From NCBI GenBank assembly GCA_043754535.1, contig JAYUUN010000103.1, positions 1-64,000 on the forward strand: a DNA stretch of 64,000 nt, written 5' to 3'. Made by a program: the position numbers and the translations under genes. Source of the stretch: Chloroflexota bacterium (GTDB lineage: Bacteria > Chloroflexota > Chloroflexia > QHBQ01). The notes under the pieces were generated by a model. That model saw only the letters and a program-made list of their open reading frames with translations, did not search any database and was not told the origin of the DNA. Shown one piece after another: positions 36,662-46,926 of this stretch. Each line of letters begins with the position of its first letter. The first letter of the stretch is position 1.

Positions 36662-38401
36662 TTACTCGGCGGAGATAATGTAGTCGTAGAAGGGTTGGCC
36701 GCCCGCCACCACCTCTATCTCAAGGTCGGGATAGACTTCGATGATGCCAACCCGCAGTTGCTCAACCCGGCCCATGTCCATTGCCGCGCCGTAGTAGAGG
36801 GTAAGCAGGTCGCGCTGCTCAAGGTTCATCTTGCCAATCAAGTCGCGGATCACCTGTTCGCGGTCTTTGCCAGCGGCCACGATTCGGTCGTCCAACAAGC
36901 CGATAGTATCGCCCTCGTGTACCGCAAGGTCATCAACCATGGTGTCGCGCACCGCAGTAGTAACCTCACCAGTGACGACCGCCTGGGCTGCGCTGAGCAT
37001 CGCCGCTGCGTTGTCGGTCAGCGGCGCGTCGTAGTTAATTGCCAGCAACGCGCTCATGCCCTGGGGGATGGTGCGAGTGGGGACGACCACTACCCGCTTC
37101 TTGCTCAACTCTGGCACCTGGTTGGCAGCCATGATGATATTGCCGTTGTTGGGCAGAATGATCACCTGGTCATTCGGCAGCCGCTCCACCGCCTCAAGCA
37201 GGTCAGCAGTGGAGGGGTTCATCGTCTGGCCGCCGCTGATAATCGCCCCCGCGCCCATGCTGCGGAAGACCTCCTCCAGGCCCGCGCCACTAACTACCAC
37301 GACGATGCCAGGGCCGACGGTGGGGACTTGTGGCTGCTGTGGCTGGGCCTTGTGGGTGGAGCCACTGCCCAGCGGGGCGAACGCTTCCAGGCCCGCGCCG
37401 CTCTGGTGCGATTCGACGAAGTTCTCGTTCTGCGTCTGCATATTGTCCACTTTAATCTGGCTCATGCTGCCCAGGCTGGTCGCGTAATCCAGCACTAGGC
37501 CGGGGCGGAAGGTGTGGATATGCACCTTGAGCATTGTCTCATCACCGACGACCACCGCCGAGTCACCCATCTCAATCAGTGTGTCACGGGCCTCATCGAA
37601 GGGGATGATGCCAAAGACCATAAAGTTGGTGCAGTAGCCGTACTCGCCCACCTCGACGTTGACGGCGGGCGCGTCGGCACTGGCGGTGACAGCGTTCAGA
37701 GTGTCGGGCTGAATATCAGGCTGCAAAGCCATCTCCTCACCTAGCATGAAACGGCGTATGCCATCAAAGAACAGGTAGATACCCTGGCCGCCTGCGTCCA
37801 CCACCCCGGCCTGGCGTAGCTTCTCCAACAACTGGGGGGTGCGAGCAACAGAGGCGCGCCCCTCATTGCAGGCAGAATGTAGCACATGGCTGAAGCTATC
37901 CTCCTCAGCAGCCGCCTTCTGGGCCGCCTCCGACATCTCGCGTACTACCGTCAAGATTGTTCCCTCGACAGGCCGTTGCACAGCCTTGTAGGCGCGCGTA
38001 GTGGCCGCCTGCATTGCAGCCGCGAAGTCGGTCGCGCTAATCTGCTCCTTACCAGTAAGGCTCTCGGCCATGCCGCGCAAGACCTGGGAGAGGATCACCC
38101 CAGAGTTGCCCCGCGAACCCATCAACGCCCCACGCGAGACGCTCTGCATCACCTCGGCGGCAGAGTGGCTGGGGCTGGCGGCGATTGGTTTGACCGCAGC
38201 CTGAAGCGTGAGATACATATTGGTGCCAGTGTCGCCGTCAGGGACGGGATAGACATTGAGGGCGTTGAGGGCTGCCGCGTGCTGCTCAACGAAGGCAGCA
38301 CTGGCAAGCAGGCTTTGCCGCAAGTGCTGTCCATGCCAGTGCGCCCCATTGCCACTGGGCAGTCGGTAACTACTGTTCTCTACTGCTGTGCCGCTAGCCA
38401 A
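36662..38401 (-). CDS. fakA: DAK2-domain fatty acid kinase catalytic subunit
   Basis: LNVYPVPDGDTGTNM, GSRGNSG, VVDAGG, YGYCT, GGQTMNPS. Confidence 0.95.
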   Translation of the reverse strand: MASGTAVENSSYRLPSGNGAHWHGQHLRQSLLASAAFVEQHAAALNALNVYPVPDGDTGTNMYLTLQAAVKPIAASPSHSAAEVMQSVSRGALMGSRGNSGVILSQVLRGMAESLTGKEQISATDFAAAMQAATTRAYKAVQRPVEGTILTVVREMSEAAQKAAAEEDSFSHVLHSACNEGRASVARTPQLLEKLRQAGVVDAGGQGIYLFFDGIRRFMLGEEMALQPDIQPDTLNAVTASADAPAVNVEVGEYGYCTNFMVFGIIPFDEARDTLIEMGDSAVVVGDETMLKVHIHTFRPGLVLDYATSLGSMSQIKVDNMQTQNENFVESHQSGAGLEAFAPLGSGSTHKAQPQQPQVPTVGPGIVVVVSGAGLEEVFRSMGAGAIISGGQTMNPSTADLLEAVERLPNDQVIILPNNGNIIMAANQVPELSKKRVVVVPTRTIPQGMSALLAINYDAPLTDNAAAMLSAAQAVVTGEVTTAVRDTMVDDLAVHEGDTIGLLDDRIVAAGKDREQVIRDLIGKMNLEQRDLLTLYYGAAMDMGRVEQLRVGIIEVYPDLEIEVVAGGQPFYDYIISAE

Positions 38402-38420
38402 AATACGCTCTCCTGACTGT

Positions 38421-38807
38421 TTACTTACTGACCCTTATGCCTTGCACGTGGACGTTGATTTGGGCCACTGGCATCGCCAATGCGCTCTCGACCGCAAACT
38501 TGACTGTACTCATGATGTTGTTGGCGACAGCGGCAATGCGCGTGCCGTACTCGATGATCACGTAGAGGTCAATAGATACGGTCTGGTGCTGGCTATCGAA
38601 GCGCACCTCTACACCCTTGTTGCGATCCTCGATCCGCAGCAGTTCGCCAAGCGGGTTGCGGGTCGCCATGCCCACTATGCCGTAGCTCTGCAATACAGTA
38701 CGGCTGACCACCGTCGCAATCGCGCCGGGGGAAACCTCGACCTTGCCCCGCTGGGTTGTTGGCTCAGCCCCATCGGGCCTGACGCTACTCTTTTCTGCTA
38801 CGTCCAT
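38421..38807 (-). CDS. Asp23/Gls24 family protein (YloU-like)
   Basis: YGIVGMA, IDLYVIIEYG, INVHVQGI; conserved position upstream of fakA. Confidence 0.92.
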   Translation of the reverse strand: MDVAEKSSVRPDGAEPTTQRGKVEVSPGAIATVVSRTVLQSYGIVGMATRNPLGELLRIEDRNKGVEVRFDSQHQTVSIDLYVIIEYGTRIAAVANNIMSTVKFAVESALAMPVAQINVHVQGIRVSK

Positions 38808-38966
38808 CCGCTCTCCTCAGCCGACTTGCACAATCGGCCTGCTTGTGGTATTATTAGGCCCAGTGCGTACACGCACCGCTGGCACGCACAGAGCAACCTA
38901 TGAAGTAGCCCAGGTGTGTGTACAATAATACAGCATAATCCTAGTTTCGTAAAGGGGTTTCAGCAA

Positions 38967-39194
38967 ATGTCCAACAAGTGCGACCTGAGTGGTAAGACTA
39001 TCCACTGGGGCAAGAGCGTGAGCTTCTCTGGCCGCCGCACCAACCGTCCCTGGAAGCCGAACGTCCACCGCATGACGCTGGTGATCGACGGCAAGAAGCA
39101 GCGGCTCAACGTCAGCGCACGCGCCCTGCGGACGCTCTACAAGGCACCAAAGTTGCGTGGCGCAAAGGCAGCGGCAGCCGCAGCCCAGTCCTAA
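38967..39194 (+). CDS. rpmB: 50S ribosomal protein L28
   Basis: CDLSGK..GKSVSFS.RRTNR.WKPNV..VSARALRT; divergent from asp23-fakA. Confidence 0.93.
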   Translation: MSNKCDLSGKTIHWGKSVSFSGRRTNRPWKPNVHRMTLVIDGKKQRLNVSARALRTLYKAPKLRGAKAAAAAAQS

Positions 39195-39222
39195 ACTGAC
39201 CGCCCAACCATATAGCGAGAAC

Positions 39223-39254
39223 TGCCCTGGTAAACGCCAGGGTTATTCTTTTTG
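39223..39254 (+). terminator. rpmB terminator
   Basis: CCCTGG-TAAACG-CCAGGG followed by TTATTCTTTTT. Confidence 0.75.
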
Positions 39255-39268
39255 TGCGCCGCCCACCC

Positions 39269-40165
39269 TCAGCCACCAAATAGCTGGGCCAGGTTGCTGA
39301 ACACATTTTGCAGTAGTTGGATCAGGTAGGGGGCGACGAAGACTAGCATCAGCGCGAAGCTGACCCAACGCAGCAGCTTGCCCTGGTTGAGGCTGCGGCT
39401 GCCGCCCTGTCGGTAGTAGCGCGCCTCCTCTGCCCCCACCGCTGCGTCGGGAAAGTAAGGGGCGTAGCTACTAGCCTGTTCGCGTTCGCGGTACTGGCCG
39501 GGGCCGCCGTCCGCTAGCGAAACGTCCCAGCCCGGCTCTGCCACCTGCTCATCATACTCGCCAAACTCGTCGGCAGTGGCCTGACCGCGATAGAAGTCCA
39601 CCAGTTGACGAGCGCGCTCGGCGTTACCGGCCTGCACCCACACGTCACGCGCAACCCAGGCGTTGTTGATGAACTCACCATTATCGGTGCCGCTACTCAG
39701 CTTGATGATCGAGGGGATTGCCGCGTCGTCAAGCTGGCTCTTGATCAGTTGGGCCATCATCTCGTTCGGGGTGTTGGTCAGCACCAGCCAGCGGGCATCG
39801 TCGGCACTGATGCGCCGCGCAGGCGGAGGGTTGCTGCCCGGCCAACTGCCATCCTCTTGCACCGCTGCTGGGTTGGCGGCAAGCGCGCTGATCCACGCCT
39901 GGGGGAGGGGAGCAGCGGCGGGCAGTTGGCGGCCCAGGTTTGGCAGGCGCAGGCGACGGTTGCGCCCCAGGTGGCGAGGCAGCGCAAGGATTGGGCGGGC
40001 GGCCCCGACGTAGCGAGCAACGCGGGCGTGGCTGTGCTGCACCGCGTCGGCGTAGTTTTCGCTCAGACCAGGGGCAGCCTGGGTGCCACGCAGTGGTAGG
40101 CCGCAGTCGTCACACCAGGCCACCCAATCCTCGTACTCACTGCCACAGCTTGCACAGAAGGGCAT
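39269..40165 (-). CDS. Zn-ribbon + DUF2007-like membrane protein
   Basis: N-terminal CxxC...CxxC; NEMMAQLIKSQLDDAAIP; C-terminal TM helix. Confidence 0.65.
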   Translation of the reverse strand: MPFCASCGSEYEDWVAWCDDCGLPLRGTQAAPGLSENYADAVQHSHARVARYVGAARPILALPRHLGRNRRLRLPNLGRQLPAAAPLPQAWISALAANPAAVQEDGSWPGSNPPPARRISADDARWLVLTNTPNEMMAQLIKSQLDDAAIPSIIKLSSGTDNGEFINNAWVARDVWVQAGNAERARQLVDFYRGQATADEFGEYDEQVAEPGWDVSLADGGPGQYREREQASSYAPYFPDAAVGAEEARYYRQGGSRSLNQGKLLRWVSFALMLVFVAPYLIQLLQNVFSNLAQLFGG

Positions 40166-41019
40166 CAGTCTACCTCCCCTAGGGCTAGCCGCTCAATAGC
40201 GTGGGCCACGCCGTCGTTAGCCAGCGTCTCAGTCACGTAGCTCGCTGCTGCCTTCACCTGCTCGTCGGCATGGCCCATTGCTACCCCATAGCCCGCCCAG
40301 TGCAGCATCGAAACGTCATTCCAGTTGTCGCCAATCGCCATCACGCGCTCACGGGCAATGCCTAGCTGCTGGGCAAGGAAGGCAAGGGCCACTCCCTTCG
40401 TCGCGCTCAGGCTAGTCACTTCGCAGAAGTAGGCGTGGGAGCGGGTTACTTCCACCAGGCTGCCAAACTCGGCCCGCAGCATCTCGATCAGGGCGTGGTT
40501 CGCGTCTGGCTCGTTGACGATTACTATCTTGAGCGGCTGCAAGCCCTGCGCGCTGATCGCGGCGACCAGGTCTGGCACGTCGTGTGGCTGCACCAGCCGC
40601 GACTTCTCGGCGTACATGGTGTCCAACGGCCTGGCGTTCTCGCGATAAGTCTCGGTCAGGGTGTGCATATTGACGCTCTGGCCCAGCCGCCGCAGCAAAC
40701 GGATCACCCGGATCGCCAATGCTGCGTCCAGGTGTTGTACCAGCAGTGGGCGTTCGGTGAGCAGGTCGTAGACCACCCCACCCTGGTAGCTGATGATCGG
40801 CGTGACTTGGCTAGCGGGCAGATTGGGGGGCAAGAGGCCTAGTTCGCGCACTCGATCCACCACATCGTAGACCACCCGCCCGGTCGCCAGCGTGACTCGG
40901 ATACCAGCGTCGCGGGCAGCGGCAATTGCCAGCCGGTTGCGCTCGGAGATCAGCAAGTCCATGGCGTATAGGGTGCCATCCAGGTCAATAGCGATCAACT
41001 CAACCAGTGGGTTCTTCAT
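40165..41019 (-). CDS. Cof-type HAD-IIB hydrolase
   Basis: DLDGTL, LATGR, TKG.AL, AIGDNWND. Confidence 0.93.
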   Translation of the reverse strand: MKNPLVELIAIDLDGTLYAMDLLISERNRLAIAAARDAGIRVTLATGRVVYDVVDRVRELGLLPPNLPASQVTPIISYQGGVVYDLLTERPLLVQHLDAALAIRVIRLLRRLGQSVNMHTLTETYRENARPLDTMYAEKSRLVQPHDVPDLVAAISAQGLQPLKIVIVNEPDANHALIEMLRAEFGSLVEVTRSHAYFCEVTSLSATKGVALAFLAQQLGIARERVMAIGDNWNDVSMLHWAGYGVAMGHADEQVKAAASYVTETLANDGVAHAIERLALGEVD

Positions 41020-41903
41020 TCAGCCTCCGTCTCCACGATCAGCATCCGATCATGTCCAGCGTAATCCTGGGCGATCTCCACCCGCGCCTCCGGCCAGAGA
41101 TCGCGGGCGAAGGTGGCGGCCAGCGACCCCTGGTTGTAACCGATCTCGGCGGCGATCAGGCCGCCCGGCTTCAGCTTGAACCAGGCTTCTTCGAGGAAGC
41201 GGCGGTAGAGGCCGAAGCCGTCGCCGCCACCGCCAGAGAGAGCCAGCCACGGCTCGCTGATCAGCACTGCTGGTTCGATCTCGCCCAAGATAGTGTACGG
41301 CAGGTTGGTAACCAAAGCATCTACCGGCCCTGCTACCGCCGCCAGCAGGTCGCTAGTCAGTAGCGGCACGCGCTCCTTGAGGCCAAACTTGTCGCGGTTG
41401 GTGAACGCGACATAGAGGGCAGCTTCCGACAGGTCAACCGCAGTCACCTGCAAGGCTGGCAGTTCGAGGGCGAGGGTCAGGCCGATCACCCCACTGCCGG
41501 TGCCAACATCCACCAGCGTGCCAGCCGCCAGCCCCTTCGCGGTTAGCAGCTTGACCGCCCGCTCTACCAGCAACTCGGTTTCGGGCCGGGGGATCAGCAC
41601 CCCCTTGTTGACCACGAACTCACGGCCATAGAACTCCTTGTAGCCCAAGATGTAGGCTACCGGCTCCCCCTGCTGGCGACGGTTCAGCAGTTCGTGATAA
41701 AGGGCGACATTGAGGGCCGTCACCTGCTCGTCGAGGTTAGCGAAGAAGCTGGCCCGCTCCTGGTCGAGGATATCGCGCAGCAAAACCTCTGCCTCCAGGT
41801 TGGCCTCAGCCCCCGCCGCTCGCCCCAGGGCCGCCCGCCCCTCGGCTAGCAGGTCGCGGGCGCGCGTTGGCTTGTAGAGCCGCGCCCGGTTGTCCATACT
41901 CAA
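41016..41903 (-). CDS. prmC: Release factor glutamine methyltransferase
   Basis: [28 protein letters not shown]; follows prfA. Confidence 0.95.
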   Translation of the reverse strand: MSMDNRARLYKPTRARDLLAEGRAALGRAAGAEANLEAEVLLRDILDQERASFFANLDEQVTALNVALYHELLNRRQQGEPVAYILGYKEFYGREFVVNKGVLIPRPETELLVERAVKLLTAKGLAAGTLVDVGTGSGVIGLTLALELPALQVTAVDLSEAALYVAFTNRDKFGLKERVPLLTSDLLAAVAGPVDALVTNLPYTILGEIEPAVLISEPWLALSGGGGDGFGLYRRFLEEAWFKLKPGGLIAAEIGYNQGSLAATFARDLWPEARVEIAQDYAGHDRMLIVETEAE

Positions 41904-42985
41904 GCTAGTGCTTCACCCAGGTTCTGCAACTGCTCGGCCTGATCCTTGAAGCGCAGGTTCTCGATCAGCTTGCCGATATTGCCCTCCATCACCCCCGGCA
42001 GGTTGCTGAGGTTCATGCCAATGCGGTGGTCGGTCAGGCGATCCTGGGGGAAGTTGTAGGTGCGAATCTTCTCGCTGCGGTCGGCACTGGTGACCTGGCT
42101 CTGGCGGGTCGCGCCAAGCTCAGCCTGCCGCTTCTGCTGCTCCAGATCGTAGAGGCGCGAGCGCAGCACACTCATTGCTCGCGCCTTGTTCTTGATCTGC
42201 GAACGCTCGTCCTGACAGATCACGACCAGGCCAGTGGGGATATGGGTCAGGCGGATCGCGCTATCGGTCGTGTTTACCCCCTGGCCGCCATGCCCACTAG
42301 CCCGGTAGATGTCCACCCGCACATCTGACTCCTTCATTTCCATGTCCACCTCCTCCACTTCGGGCAGCACGATCACGCTGGCAGTCGAGGTGTGGATGCG
42401 CCCCTTCGTCTCGGTAGCAGGCACTCGCTGCACGCGATGCACGCCACTCTCGTACTTGAAGTGGCTATAGGCATCAGCCCCCGTCACCTCAAAAATCACT
42501 TCTTTGAAGCCGCCACCCTCCTGTTCGCTGCTGCTAACCACCTCTACCTTCCAGTTCAACCCCTGAGCATAGCGGGTGTACATCCGGTAGAGTTCGCCAG
42601 CAAAGAGGGCCGCCTCGTCGCCACCCGCCCCCGCCCGAATCTCCACCACCACGTTCTTCTCGTCATTGGGGTCACGGGGCAGCAGTAGCACCTTTAGCTG
42701 CTGCTCAAGCTCCTCCAACTGGGGGTTGAGGCTCTCCACCTCCTCGCGGGCCATAGCGACCATCTCCGGGTCGCCACCCTCGCCGATGATCGCCTGCACA
42801 TCGTCGCGGGCGTGTTCGAGGTCGCGATAGCGGCGGTAGGCAGCAACTACCTGCTCAAGGTCGCTCCGTTCGCGACCAAAAGCCTGCATCTTGAGGCGGT
42901 CGCCAACCACGTCTGGGTCGGCCATTAGTAGCTCAAGCTCCTCATAGCGGCCTTCAACCGAGGCCAGTTTGTCGAAAATTGACAC
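41900..42985 (-). CDS. prfA: Peptide chain release factor 1
   Basis: GGQ motif, VQRVPAT (PxT), IRTYNFPQ. Confidence 0.97.
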   Translation of the reverse strand: MSIFDKLASVEGRYEELELLMADPDVVGDRLKMQAFGRERSDLEQVVAAYRRYRDLEHARDDVQAIIGEGGDPEMVAMAREEVESLNPQLEELEQQLKVLLLPRDPNDEKNVVVEIRAGAGGDEAALFAGELYRMYTRYAQGLNWKVEVVSSSEQEGGGFKEVIFEVTGADAYSHFKYESGVHRVQRVPATETKGRIHTSTASVIVLPEVEEVDMEMKESDVRVDIYRASGHGGQGVNTTDSAIRLTHIPTGLVVICQDERSQIKNKARAMSVLRSRLYDLEQQKRQAELGATRQSQVTSADRSEKIRTYNFPQDRLTDHRIGMNLSNLPGVMEGNIGKLIENLRFKDQAEQLQNLGEALA

Positions 42986-43148
42986 GCTTCTCTCCCATTT
43001 CTTGCAGCAAAGTTGTTTGTTGGCTTAATTATACCAAATGAGGCGGTGGGTGCATATCAAAGAGGTAGATTAGACTTAATTCTTGCGGCGGATGCGAACC
43101 AGCCGCCAACCTGCTAAGATCAGCTATCATCAGCTAAGGAGGAGAGTA

Positions 43149-44141
43149 ATGGAACAAAATGAGATGAGCCAGCGTGCGCTACTCTACCGTGAACGACGGC
43201 TGGCTGAGGCCGTGTTGGCACAATACGACATGGCTGGCGCAAGGTTGCAACAGATCGCCACTGGCTTTAACCGCGTCTACCGAGTAACAACGGAGGCTGG
43301 CAAGAGCTTCGTGCTACGTGCCTCGCTGCCACACAGCATCAGCCATAATCGGGGCTACGTGGCTTCGGAACTGACCCTACTAGCGGCCCTGCACCGCGAC
43401 ACCGCACTGCCAGTGCCAGAGCCGGTCGCGAACCGCGAAGGTGGCTGGGTGACTACGCTGACCGACCCACTACTGGGCGACCGCCATCATGCTATGTTCC
43501 GCTGGATGGAAGGTAAGGTGGTCGGCAAGGGAGTTGGTCCAACGGTGCTACGGCAGGCCGGTGGCTTCCTCGCCCTGCTGCATGAGTACACCCAGAAGCT
43601 CCTACCGCCACCTGATTTTGAGCGACCAAGCTGGGATTGGGCGCACGTTGGTGGGTTGCAATCGTGGGTGGGCAAGGGTGGAAGCGAGTCATACCTTGAC
43701 GATGAGGGACGAGCGGTGTACACCCTTGCTTGCGAACGAGTACAGGCTGCCATGCAGCAATTGGACGAGCAGCAGGACAGCTTCGGCTTGCTCCACGCCG
43801 ACCTGCACCCCTGGAATATGCTCCGCTGGCAGGGTCAGTTGCGCGTACTCGACTTTGAAGTAAGCGGCTGGGGTCACTGGCTGCTAGACCTCGCGGTTGC
43901 CCTCAATTACAAACTGGGTAAACCAGACTTGGCTGCGAGTCAGGCTGCTCTACTGGATGGCTACGCCGCAGTCCGCTCACTGCCCACCCGCTGCGAAGAA
44001 CTGCTCGGCACCTTCATCGCTGCCCGACTGCTCTGCGAGGTGAATTGGGTAGCCGACAGTACAGAGCCGCCTACGGCTGATAGGGTACAGGAGACAGTGG
44101 TTAGCCAGGTTAAGTGGCTAAAGGTAGCATTGAACCTCTAG
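43149..44141 (+). CDS. APH/homoserine-kinase-type phosphotransferase
   Basis: NRVYRV, HADLHPWN, LDFE. Confidence 0.85.
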   Translation: MEQNEMSQRALLYRERRLAEAVLAQYDMAGARLQQIATGFNRVYRVTTEAGKSFVLRASLPHSISHNRGYVASELTLLAALHRDTALPVPEPVANREGGWVTTLTDPLLGDRHHAMFRWMEGKVVGKGVGPTVLRQAGGFLALLHEYTQKLLPPPDFERPSWDWAHVGGLQSWVGKGGSESYLDDEGRAVYTLACERVQAAMQQLDEQQDSFGLLHADLHPWNMLRWQGQLRVLDFEVSGWGHWLLDLAVALNYKLGKPDLAASQAALLDGYAAVRSLPTRCEELLGTFIAARLLCEVNWVADSTEPPTADRVQETVVSQVKWLKVALNL

Positions 44142-44610
44142 CCAGCTCCATTGCCAGCCGCACCGCCTCTACCGCAGAACCCGCCCGCACGATGGGGTCG
44201 GCGACCTGCTGCGCTGCCTTCGCTAGCTGCCAGGTGTGCAAGCCAACTACCGGCACGCCAATCTTCAAGGCGAGGGCGATCTCGCTGAGAGTGCCGTACT
44301 CACCGCCAATGGCGATCACCGCCTGCGCCGTGCCAACGATGATCAGGTTGCGAGCCTGGCCCATCCCAGTCACGATGGGTATGTCCACAAAGGGGTTGGC
44401 GGCATGACGGTCGGTTCCCGGCAGCACGCCGATGGTCAGCCCGCCTGCTGCTTTGGCCCCCGCGCAGGCAGCCTGCATCACCCCGCCGTGTCCCCCACAG
44501 ATCATGATTGCGCCCGCCGCGGCGATCCTGCTACCGACCTCGTGGGCAAGCTGTAGGCTGGCAGCGGCTGCATCGCCCGCGCCACAGACAGCAATGATCG
44601 GCTGCTTCAA
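44110..44610 (-). CDS. TIGR00725 / LOG-like Rossmann-fold protein
   Basis: CGGHGGVM, TIGVLPG, TGMGQARN, GGEYGTLSEI. Confidence 0.88.
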   Translation of the reverse strand: MKQPIIAVCGAGDAAAASLQLAHEVGSRIAAAGAIMICGGHGGVMQAACAGAKAAGGLTIGVLPGTDRHAANPFVDIPIVTGMGQARNLIIVGTAQAVIAIGGEYGTLSEIALALKIGVPVVGLHTWQLAKAAQQVADPIVRAGSAVEAVRLAMELARGSMLPLAT

Positions 44611-44652
44611 TCCTTACCCTCTCCTTTGCAACTTGACAAAGAGAGCCTCGCG

Positions 44653-46707
44653 CTAGTAGATGGCAAGGTAGCGGTCGAACAGCGGGCGCAGGTCAACAGT
44701 GGTGCCAGCCTGCATGGTGGCAAAGAAGTCGGCTGGCGTGGCCCGCTTGAGCGCAAACTGGCGGTAGTAGGCGCGCAAGGCGGCAGCATAGCTGTCTGGC
44801 CCCATCATCTTCTGCGCCTCGATCAAGAAGCCCGCCCCCTGACTGTAGACGGTGTAGAAGTAGCTAGCGTTCATCACGCAGTCGCCCACCGAGGGAAAGC
44901 TGAAGACCGAACTGCTGACCGGTACCCCCCGCTGCCCGACGACCATGGCCCGTAGAGCAGCGGTGTAGTCGCGGGTGCTGCTGTTGCGGCGCAGGTAGTC
45001 TAGATTAAGGGCGGTCGCCATCGCTTCGTCCAACCAGGGGTCGCGGGATTGGTCGTTACCCACTATGCCGTAGAACCAGGCGTGGGCGGTCTCATGCTGC
45101 GGCTCCCAGTAGTCCCAGCCGAAGGGTTGCACCGCTCGGCTGAGGCGATCTGGCTGCATCAACTCCATCATTGGATACTCCTGCGCGTAGTTGCCACAAC
45201 GCGCACTGCCTGCCATCTCGCTGACGATGAAGCTGGCGTAGGGGTAGGCACCCACCGTCTGGCTGTACCAGGCGAAGGCGCGGGCCGAGGCATCTAGCCC
45301 TGGCAGGCCCCCAGCCCGGTGTTCGGGTAGCAGGAAGGCGTAGAGGGTGACCCCACCCACCGTCCGCCGATAGGTACCATCCTTCAGCGGGTTGCTGAAG
45401 CGCGGCGACATACTGGCGGCCACGTCGCGCACGCGGGGTGCATCGTACCGCCACTCAGTCGCACTGACCTGCGTGGGATTACCAGTGCTGGCGACCACTA
45501 TCGGCCCATCGGCGGTGTAGGTAGCCCTGTAGTTGGCGACGGCATTCACCCCCTCGTCGCCTGCATCGTTGAAGGGATATTGCAGCCAGCCGCCGTTCTC
45601 GTAAGGTAGCACGGAGGGAAGGAAGTCGCCGAGGGTGAGTACGTCAAAGTTCTGATCCCAGCCGAAGCGCACGCCAGTCTGAGCCGGGCGCAGGCTGAAG
45701 TCGAGGCTGAAGCTGACTTTGCCTCCCGCCGCCAGCGGCCTGGGCAGTGGCACACTCAGGTTGATCTCGTCGCGCCAGCTTGCCTGCACTGCCGTCCCCG
45801 CCACCAGCACGCTGCCAAGGGTGAACGCCTTGTAGTGGCGCGGCACGACCCGCAGCAGGATACTGGTCAGCGGCCCAGCCGTGCTATTGCTGTAGCTGAC
45901 ATCCTCGCTTACGTCCAGGCTGTAATTGGCCTTGAGGTGGACACGCACCCCGTAACTGGTATACTCGCGCTCTGGCTTGTCCTCGCGTAGAGCGGGGTTG
46001 TGGTAACGCCAGGCGTAGTAATCGCGCCCCGCATTGGCAAACTGCACCTGCCAGCCAGGGGCAGCCGCCGGGTTGTAAGTCAGCACCCGCTGCTCAAACA
46101 GTTGCACAAGGATCGCTTGCGGCTTGCCAGCCACCTCGATCTGCACCCAGTAGGGATCGGCCAGTGGTAGACCGAGGAAGGTAGGCCAGTCAACCCCCAC
46201 GGCTGGCAAGGTCAGGAATGGACTGGCGATCTCGTGCTGACCAGCGGCACTGTACTGCTCACGCGCGCCGTAGGTTGTGCCAACAGGGGGACTAAAGGGC
46301 TGCACCACACCCGCCATCGTCAGTTGCTCGTTGATGCTACCGCTGCGTCGCGCAGTGCGGCTGGTCAGCGGCGCGAAGGCGGCATAGCTCGGCCCGCCCA
46401 CCACCACTGGCTGCTGCGCCCGCCCGACCGCCACCGTCCGCCCACCTTCGCCCACGATGTAGCCGCCGACCATCTCGGCAATGATCGCCTTCGCGTTCTG
46501 GCTGTCCGCCCCCATCACCCCTTTATCGAAGTAGCGGACAAACTGGTTGCCAGCCGCGCCACCCGCCGGTTCGTAGGTGGTGAGCAGAGGGCCGCCCCCC
46601 CACAACCAGCCGGGTGGGGCGGGGGCAGCGAGTGGAGCAGCCTGTACCGGGCTGAGGGTGAGCAGGATAATGAGGGACAGGAGAAGAAGTTTAGATTTGC
46701 TCGACAT
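44653..46707 (-). CDS. Secreted M1-family (gluzincin) peptidase with N-terminal Chloroflexota-type module
   Basis: AQEYP, HETAH.W, WLDEA; N-terminal VRYFDKG, GLPLADPYW, VQLFEQRVLTY, NAGRDYY. Confidence 0.85.
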   Translation of the reverse strand: MSSKSKLLLLSLIILLTLSPVQAAPLAAPAPPGWLWGGGPLLTTYEPAGGAAGNQFVRYFDKGVMGADSQNAKAIIAEMVGGYIVGEGGRTVAVGRAQQPVVVGGPSYAAFAPLTSRTARRSGSINEQLTMAGVVQPFSPPVGTTYGAREQYSAAGQHEIASPFLTLPAVGVDWPTFLGLPLADPYWVQIEVAGKPQAILVQLFEQRVLTYNPAAAPGWQVQFANAGRDYYAWRYHNPALREDKPEREYTSYGVRVHLKANYSLDVSEDVSYSNSTAGPLTSILLRVVPRHYKAFTLGSVLVAGTAVQASWRDEINLSVPLPRPLAAGGKVSFSLDFSLRPAQTGVRFGWDQNFDVLTLGDFLPSVLPYENGGWLQYPFNDAGDEGVNAVANYRATYTADGPIVVASTGNPTQVSATEWRYDAPRVRDVAASMSPRFSNPLKDGTYRRTVGGVTLYAFLLPEHRAGGLPGLDASARAFAWYSQTVGAYPYASFIVSEMAGSARCGNYAQEYPMMELMQPDRLSRAVQPFGWDYWEPQHETAHAWFYGIVGNDQSRDPWLDEAMATALNLDYLRRNSSTRDYTAALRAMVVGQRGVPVSSSVFSFPSVGDCVMNASYFYTVYSQGAGFLIEAQKMMGPDSYAAALRAYYRQFALKRATPADFFATMQAGTTVDLRPLFDRYLAIY

Positions 46708-46801
46708 TAGTTTTCCGTCCAGGGCGCGCTGGTGCTTCTACCCCGCTCGCGCTCCATACCGGGCGCGCTCAAGTTCTTGAGCCGGGCATTGCGCCAGTCA
46801 C

Positions 46802-46855
46802 CTATCGGCACACGCACCTCGTCTTGATACATAGCAACTTGAAGCTGGTTGACAT
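46802..46855 (-). CDS. Candidate 17-aa leader peptide MSTSFKLLCIKTRCVCR
   Basis: GGAGG SD 6 nt before ATG; extended -10 TGGTATAAT at 46887-46895. Confidence 0.35.
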   Translation of the reverse strand: MSTSFKLLCIKTRCVCR

Positions 46856-46926
46856 GGTGGCCCTCCATGTGGCATTTGCTGCTAGCATTATACCACAGCC
46901 CCGCCGCTGAACTTGTGGCTGGACTA

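Noticed and set aside
36533..37498. 321-aa plus-strand ORF
   Set aside because: Antisense shadow of fakA
38967..39194. Zur-regulated alternative L28
   Set aside because: It has only one Cys but sits at the usual asp23-fakA locus and no Zur box is evident
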